A program made the translations under genes and the position numbers. DNA of 25,563 nt from a virus (Duplodnaviria > Caudoviricetes): positions 1 through 25,563 of IMG/VR virus record IMGVR_UViG_3300047403_000115; one strand, 5' to 3'. The notes beneath the pieces were generated by a model that did no database searches, was not told the DNA's origin, and worked only from the letters and a program-made list of their open reading frames with translations. How positions within the stretch are numbered: position 1 is the first letter of the stretch; the number at the start of each line of letters is the position of its first letter. Shown in pieces: positions 24,243 through 25,563 of this stretch.

Positions 24243-24258
24243 AGTGCTTAGCAGTCAA
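24230..24258 (-). promoter_or_regulatory. Near-consensus sigma70 promoter firing leftward through the tRNA-like sequence
   Basis: Minus strand TTGACT (24258-24253) - N17 - TAGAAT (24235-24230); 5/6 match to consensus in each hexamer. Confidence 0.7.
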
Positions 24259-24501
24259 GCACAAAAGTCAATCCCATGTCACCGTGTCTTTGATTTGGGT
24301 GGGCGCGCAAACCGCTTCGGGCGCGCTTGGATTCGTATTTCCGGCATATCCTGCAATACTCCGACCAATTCCACGGGCGATAGCGGCTTGCGGATCTGCT
24401 GGGCTTCCGCTGATAGCGGCGTGAGGCGCGGCGGGGTTAAGACCCTAACGGTAGAATCCCCGTTCAATGCGCTAACCTCCCCATCATGCCTAATCGGTAA
24501 A

Positions 24502-24608
24502 CTATCCACAGACTTATCCACGGGGCTATGCCCCGAGCGCGAAGCGCGGGGATAAGTAAAGACTAAGTCAAGGCCTAGAATAAGAATTAATATTATTAAT
24601 CTTTACTG
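24502..24608. other. Origin-like segment: two DnaA-box-like 9-mers, a GAA mini-hairpin and an AT-rich palindrome
   Basis: CTATCCACA 24502-24510 and TTATCCACG 24514-24522 (one mismatch each to TTATCCACA); GCGC-GAA-GCGC 24537-24547; ATTAATA-T-TATTAAT 24586-24600. Confidence 0.35.
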
Positions 24609-24977
24609 GGTCTTGTCTAGATGCTGGATGGTGAAGGCTGGAGCTTGGGCATAACGCTACTATCCCGATGGTATCGGGGTAGCGTCTGCCCGGGATATGC
24701 TGGACGGAGCCAGGCCATCGCATGGGGCGCGGGCCTGGGGATATTCCCGGCTCGCTCGCGGATTGCTTAACGAGGAATGTCCCCCGCCTTGCTCGGCCCT
24801 TCCGCTTTCACGCTGGCCTGCCGATTTGCAAGATCCCCCAGTATCGGCTTTACTTCCCCCGCCGCTGGTGCCAAAATAGCGCGTCCGACGGGATAACAGA
24901 TTACTAGCACAGAATGGGAGTAAATCAAGTGGACCATAACAAAGGGTGCGACAATTTGACGCAGGGCGGGGAGAATA

Positions 24978-25163
24978 ATGGTTCGTAAGCCGGAGTTCTA
25001 CCCTGAAAATCCTAAGATATGGTCGGAAAAGTCCCTTCACACTATGCGGGAAATGCGGCGCGTACTGGCCGACATGAGGCCCAAGATCGTCGCCATGATG
25101 CGGCAGCGGGGCTTTACGGACAGTGACATTTATTGGCTGCTGGACGAGGTGTGGAAACTGTGA
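24978..25163 (+). CDS. Small hypothetical protein
   Basis: 61-aa ORF with a GGGGAG RBS. Confidence 0.6.
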   Translation: MVRKPEFYPENPKIWSEKSLHTMREMRRVLADMRPKIVAMMRQRGFTDSDIYWLLDEVWKL

Positions 25164-25209
25164 GATCGGTTAAATCGGCGGTCTGGTACTGGGTCCGGGG
25201 AGTAAGCAC

Positions 25210-25371
25210 ATGAATCTCGATGAATTCGCGAGGGGCCATAACGCCTATTGGGATAGAAACCGAAAAGGCCCGGGGTTCGCTGATCCCGCTATCGAATCGG
25301 CCGATTTCATGGTAGGATGGAATACTGCTAAAAACAACGACCAACTCAACGAGGCGTTAAATGAAGATTAA
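25210..25371 (+). CDS. 53-aa hypothetical protein (not in ORF track)
   Basis: GGGGAG RBS, then MNLDEFARGHNAYWDRNRKGPGFADPAIESADFMVGWNTAKNNDQLNEALNED*; overlaps the start of the next ORF. Confidence 0.6.
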   Translation: MNLDEFARGHNAYWDRNRKGPGFADPAIESADFMVGWNTAKNNDQLNEALNED

Positions 25372-25543
25372 CCAACACTATATCGCGTCGTTATGTGCCG
25401 ACATCGGCCACCTCCGGAACTGGATTAGCGATTCCCCCGTTCGCCAGGATGGGGAATGTCGGCAATGGCTGGTCGAAGCCGCGGACGACCTGAAGCGGAT
25501 TATTCAGGTTATGCCTGTTGACAAGGCGGAAAAAGAAGAATAG
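25361..25543 (+). CDS. Small hypothetical protein
   Basis: 60-aa ORF with a GAGG RBS, continuing the run of small plus-strand genes. Confidence 0.6.
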   Translation: MKINQHYIASLCADIGHLRNWISDSPVRQDGECRQWLVEAADDLKRIIQVMPVDKAEKEE

Positions 25544-25546
25544 TAT
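25518..25546 (+). promoter_or_regulatory. Sigma70 promoter for a transcript beyond the window
   Basis: TTGACA-N17-TAGTAT (a TATAAT also overlaps at 25544-25549). Confidence 0.65.
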
Positions 25547-25563
25547 AATAGCACGGGCCGCCC

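Noticed and set aside
24162-24250. Functional tRNA-Leu(CAA) or a Ser-for-Leu recoding tRNA
   Set aside because: The acceptor stem cannot form, there is no CCA, and the T arm is altered (A-C mismatch, TTCTAAT), so it should not be chargeable.
24587-24599. CtrA box
   Set aside because: The TTAA half-sites are 5 bp apart, not the required N7.
24226-25040. ORFs 24226..24555, 24279..24521, 24660..25040, 24697..24879 and 24722..24907
   Set aside because: Mutually overlapping, no convincing RBS or motifs; the region looks regulatory. 24279..24521 cannot be excluded.

Overview
A 25.6-kb piece of a tailed dsDNA phage or prophage with podovirus-type architecture. Positions 1-21750 hold one long minus-strand morphogenesis region, read right to left: Sf6-like terS, a membrane protein, a small basic protein, terL, a P22-like portal, a ~6-kb block of nine accessory genes, scaffold, N4-gp56/DUF4043-type major capsid, cement, a TPR-GT9 / SAM methyltransferase / GT8-like cluster, fibre, adaptor, nozzle, a GNAT-like protein and an internal virion protein cut by the window edge. 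The nine-gene block includes a GT-A glycosyltransferase, a 5-repeat propeller protein, an Asp/Asn beta-hydroxylase, a Zn finger and an 11-repeat 'DKW' protein. From ~21870 a divergent plus-strand region carries small genes separated by 70-bp hairpin repeats with shared RBS leaders, then a degenerate tRNA-Ser-like sequence, an origin-like segment and more small ORFs. GTTC-N7-GTTC boxes suggest an alphaproteobacterial host (inference). The strongest novel candidate is a promoter-plus-terminator unit that would transcribe a ~100-nt RNA antisense to a tRNA-Ser (24121-24258). Other strong candidates are three tandem pseudoknot-like units in the capsid leader, a KW-motif head-decoration/modification module, repeat-bounded gene cassettes, and LexA-type boxes between terS and terL. 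All protein calls come from motif recognition by eye; no searches were run.
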